A DNA stretch of 63,773 nt, counting the filler, from Lenisia limosa (taxonomy: Eukaryota > Protista > Breviatea), in assembly GCA_001655205.1 (NCBI GenBank). It is 16 parts of 16 records of this genome, joined end to end, with 100 filler letters (N's around TTAATTAATTAA, not from the genome) between each part and the next. Parts side by side here need not be neighbours in the genome. Positions count along the whole stretch, not along the records: positions 60,878 to 62,313 come from LPNZ01004785.1; positions 62,414 to 63,773 come from LPNZ01003775.1; 14 more parts are not named here. One strand, given 5' to 3'. Below are positions 60,990-63,773 of this stretch, in pieces. Within the stretch, counting starts at the first letter, position 1; each line of letters begins with the position of its first letter. The position numbers and the translations under genes are program-made. Under the pieces are notes generated by a model. That model saw nothing but the letters and a program-made list of their open reading frames with translations. It did no database searches and was not told the DNA's origin.

Positions 60990-62313
60990 CATCAGCGTAG
61001 CATCTCCAACACTACTCCCCCAACCAGCCACGCATCTCCAATGGTGAAGAGCTTATGAACAGTCGAGAGGTCGGCTAAGGCATCGCAGTTTGAGAAGAGG
61101 AAGTTGAGAAGGAAGAAAACTTGCTCCGGGGACGTGGACGTAGAGTTCAGCGTGAAATTGCAGATGTCAAGCTGGAGAGGGATTCATAAGACACGTAAAG
61201 AGTTTCATCGTAACTAGGGCTGCAGGAGAGCCCTTGCCATAACCCCCCCCCCTCCATACCTGTATTACAGACGTGACTGCGCGTTTCTCGGCAACAAAAC
61301 ACTCTCTGATGGTGGTCGAGGGCGAAATGATATGTGACGGAAGAAGCAAACGGAGAGTTTCTGGGGGGAACATGAAAAAAACGGAGAGTTTCTGGGTGGA
61401 ACATGAAAAAGGGGGAGGTAGGCGTGGATACATGGAAGTTGTATTCATCTCTGGAAACTACATCCCCCAAGAAAACCACTTAAAGTATAAATACAAATGA
61501 TATCAAAAACTATTATTTTATACTAGGTTTGTTTATAGTCTAAAACGGCACCAAAGCCCCCACCGCGTGACAAACGGCCCTGATTTGCGTTCCGGCAGCG
61601 GGCAAGGAACATTCTCCTGTCGCGGACTTCACCCCGAAGTAGCACCATTCCAATGATGATGAAGGACTGCGCGGCTACGCCAAGCTAAATGCGTAAGTTC
61701 AGTTCAGCTCAAACCCCCCTCTCACTTGAACTTTGAAATGGTCTGTTGGTGCAAAGAGGGCCACAATACAGAGATGCTTGATAGCGACTGCTATCAAAAT
61801 AGCAAATCTGCGAGGCGGTTAAGGAATAGTAATAGTAAAGGAGATTGCCAGGCGGTTAAGGAAGCCCAGTATTACCCTTAGAAAGCTTAATATCAAAAGC
61901 TCCAACACTAACATAACAAAACTCCCAATATTCGCATACTTGGTCTGAAAGAGGAACGGGGTTGAGAAGATGACGATAGTAAGGCTTGTCCAATTACTAT
62001 ACACTCTGGGTGGTGAGAAACTCGCAAGATTGAAATTGATAAGGCGGTTGATTGAAATTGATTGGGCAGACTAAAAATTCATAATACAAACACGAAAAAT
62101 TCCATAAAACAAAAAAACATCATTACAACACATACTCCATCATAAAACATGATTAAAACACGTTAAAGCATAATCCATAAAACATAATATGATATACTCC
62201 TTAAAACATGGGGCCACAAACCTGTTATCGGGCTCTTCTTGGACCTCACCCGGTGTGGGACCAGTACTTAGAACCTGGAATAGGGCGGCGTAGGAGAGTA
62301 ATGCTGATACTCG
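60990..62313 (-). CDS. Membrane class III adenylyl/guanylyl cyclase, fragment
   Basis: TM exons, then EVRDRRMFL (post-TM E..R..FL motif), then VAEKRAVTSVIQ|LDICNFTLNSTSTSPEQVFFLLNFLFSNCDALADLSTVHKLFTIGDA, which carries the catalytic D..FT and K..TIGD motifs. Confidence 0.9.
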
Positions 62314-62678
62314 NNNNNNNNNNNNNNNNNNNNNNNNNNNNNNNNNNNNNNNNNNNNTTAATTAATTAANNNNNNNNNNNNNNNNNNNNNNNNNNNNNNN
62401 NNNNNNNNNNNNNCGATCCCGCTTTAATTTAACACTTTAACCAACTTCCCATTCCATGTGAACACCTTCGCCTTTAATCAATCCCCAAGTTTTCTTCAAA
62501 TTACGAATTTAGGAATTCCTCCTGCAGGCCCCTCCGCTCCCCGCCCCCCTTCTGCAACGAGAAAAAGTAGGTTATTGATAATTATTCCTTTTTCTCTGGA
62601 AATACACTCTTTATTATTTACTATTATTTCACCACTCATTACAATTTCTATTAATATTTATTAATATATTTTGTATTT

Positions 62679-62757
62679 ATCCAATATCTCTTATCAGCGT
62701 GATGTTGTGGACGGCTTCGACCAGACACATCGTTATTCTTTATTTCCCAATGCTATA
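62679..62757 (+). repeat. Family B, 3' half (further partial plus copies at about 3095-3160 and 11676-11710)
   Basis: CCAATATCTCTTATCAGCGTGATGTTGTGGACGGCTTCGACCAGA. Confidence 0.82.
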
Positions 62758-63199
62758 CATGTATATTCACGACTTAGAACTGAACCGAGCCTCCCCGCGC
62801 CCTGGATCACGTGACATTCTTCCTCCTGTTGAGTAGCTGTATTTTGTGCCATGCTTATGTAATTTCTTAAGGTTTCACTCAAATTTGGTGCTTTTTTCGA
62901 AATAACTTATTACTCAGTGGATGGGGGGGGGGGGTGNNNNNNNNNNNNNNNNNNNNNNNNNNNNNNNNNNNNNNNNNNNNNNNNNNNNNNNNNNNNNNNN
63001 NNNNNNNNNNNNNNNNNNNNNNTTGTTTTGGTCCAGTAAGTACAACTTTTTATGAACCAAGATAAATAAAAAGACGTTTTTTTTGGAACTGTATTTATTT
63101 GTTTCGAATCACTCCAACTTCTTTGAGTCTGATTATATATTGGTTCACATTTTCCCAATGCAGTTTTCAATACAAGAATAAAACCAAAATGATGAACAA

Positions 63200-63688
63200 C
63201 ATTGCAAATCCCGTTTCGGTAAATACTTCATAAAGTCCAGCGAATTGATCCATTTTGAAGGAGGGCGCAGCCATCTGCTTCACAATTATCGAAGGAAACA
63301 ACTCAAATATATTCATTCTTTTGAAATAACATTATAATGTGGGGTCAAGTATTGAAAAAGGAAACTTCAAGAGATACATCAAAGATAAAAACAATAATCT
63401 CATTTCAAGGTGAAACTGTCTACTATTACAATGTTTAAACTTCAAGAATAGATCTTAAACAGCACGAGGTCGTTTGTGCGACACAGAGGGGGTCAGTAGG
63501 TCGCCCTTTCGCTTTTTCAACTTACTTGGGCTTATGAAACTGCCCGGAGAATCAACTGCATGCGAACCGATCAAATGATCATCTTCTCCCGAATATTCTC
63601 GGATTGACACGTCGTCGTCGGAAGCGGAAGCATCGCTTTCCGAATCATCTTCCGCCTCCCAGCCGGCTTCCGTTAGCGCTGCTGCCAC
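63200..63688 (-). CDS. N-terminal exon(s) of an unknown, probably nuclear protein
   Basis: MAAALTEAGWEAEDDSESD... acidic tract followed by the basic stretch KLKKRKG...HKRPR (NLS-like). Confidence 0.5.
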
Positions 63689-63773
63689 GCTTAGCGCAAA
63701 GGGCCTAATTTCGTAAATCTAAGAAAACCGTCCTTTCGTTAATCTAAGAAAATAGACCCCCCCAACCCCCCGG

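Overview
This is eukaryotic, intron-rich, AT-rich DNA, probably from a protist (taxon not determinable by eye). It is not one locus. Sixteen scaffolds are concatenated by 15 artificial 100-bp linkers (N44-TTAATTAATTAA-N44), so adjacency across linkers means nothing. By splicing GT-AG exons manually I recognise these genes: MetAP2 (C-terminal half), a single-domain CatSper1-like Ca2+ channel (pore TLDDW), an ankyrin exon, a LamG-like protein, a CD36/LIMP-II receptor with a large insert, a two-pore K+ channel, DNMT2/TRDMT1, a WD40 protein, filamin repeats, an SLC25 carrier, UEV1/MMS2, a coiled-coil protein with triplicated exons, a class III nucleotidyl cyclase, and an intronless ORF of at least 790 aa made of an unrecognised tandem repeat. 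Non-coding DNA is dominated by short dispersed repeats: a ~96-bp TA-flanked palindromic MITE (about 25 copies), a ~145-bp SINE-like family, three smaller TIR families, and a modular T-rich family. The best candidate for an undescribed system is that modular family. Where a host gene can be read, it lies in the sense orientation at the 3' end of the intron and ends in TTTTAC-(C)n-xAG, which supplies the acceptor (three introns of METAP2 alone), and in one case it appears to make up the whole intron. All homology calls come from motif recall, not database searches. Exon boundaries and copy counts were read by eye.
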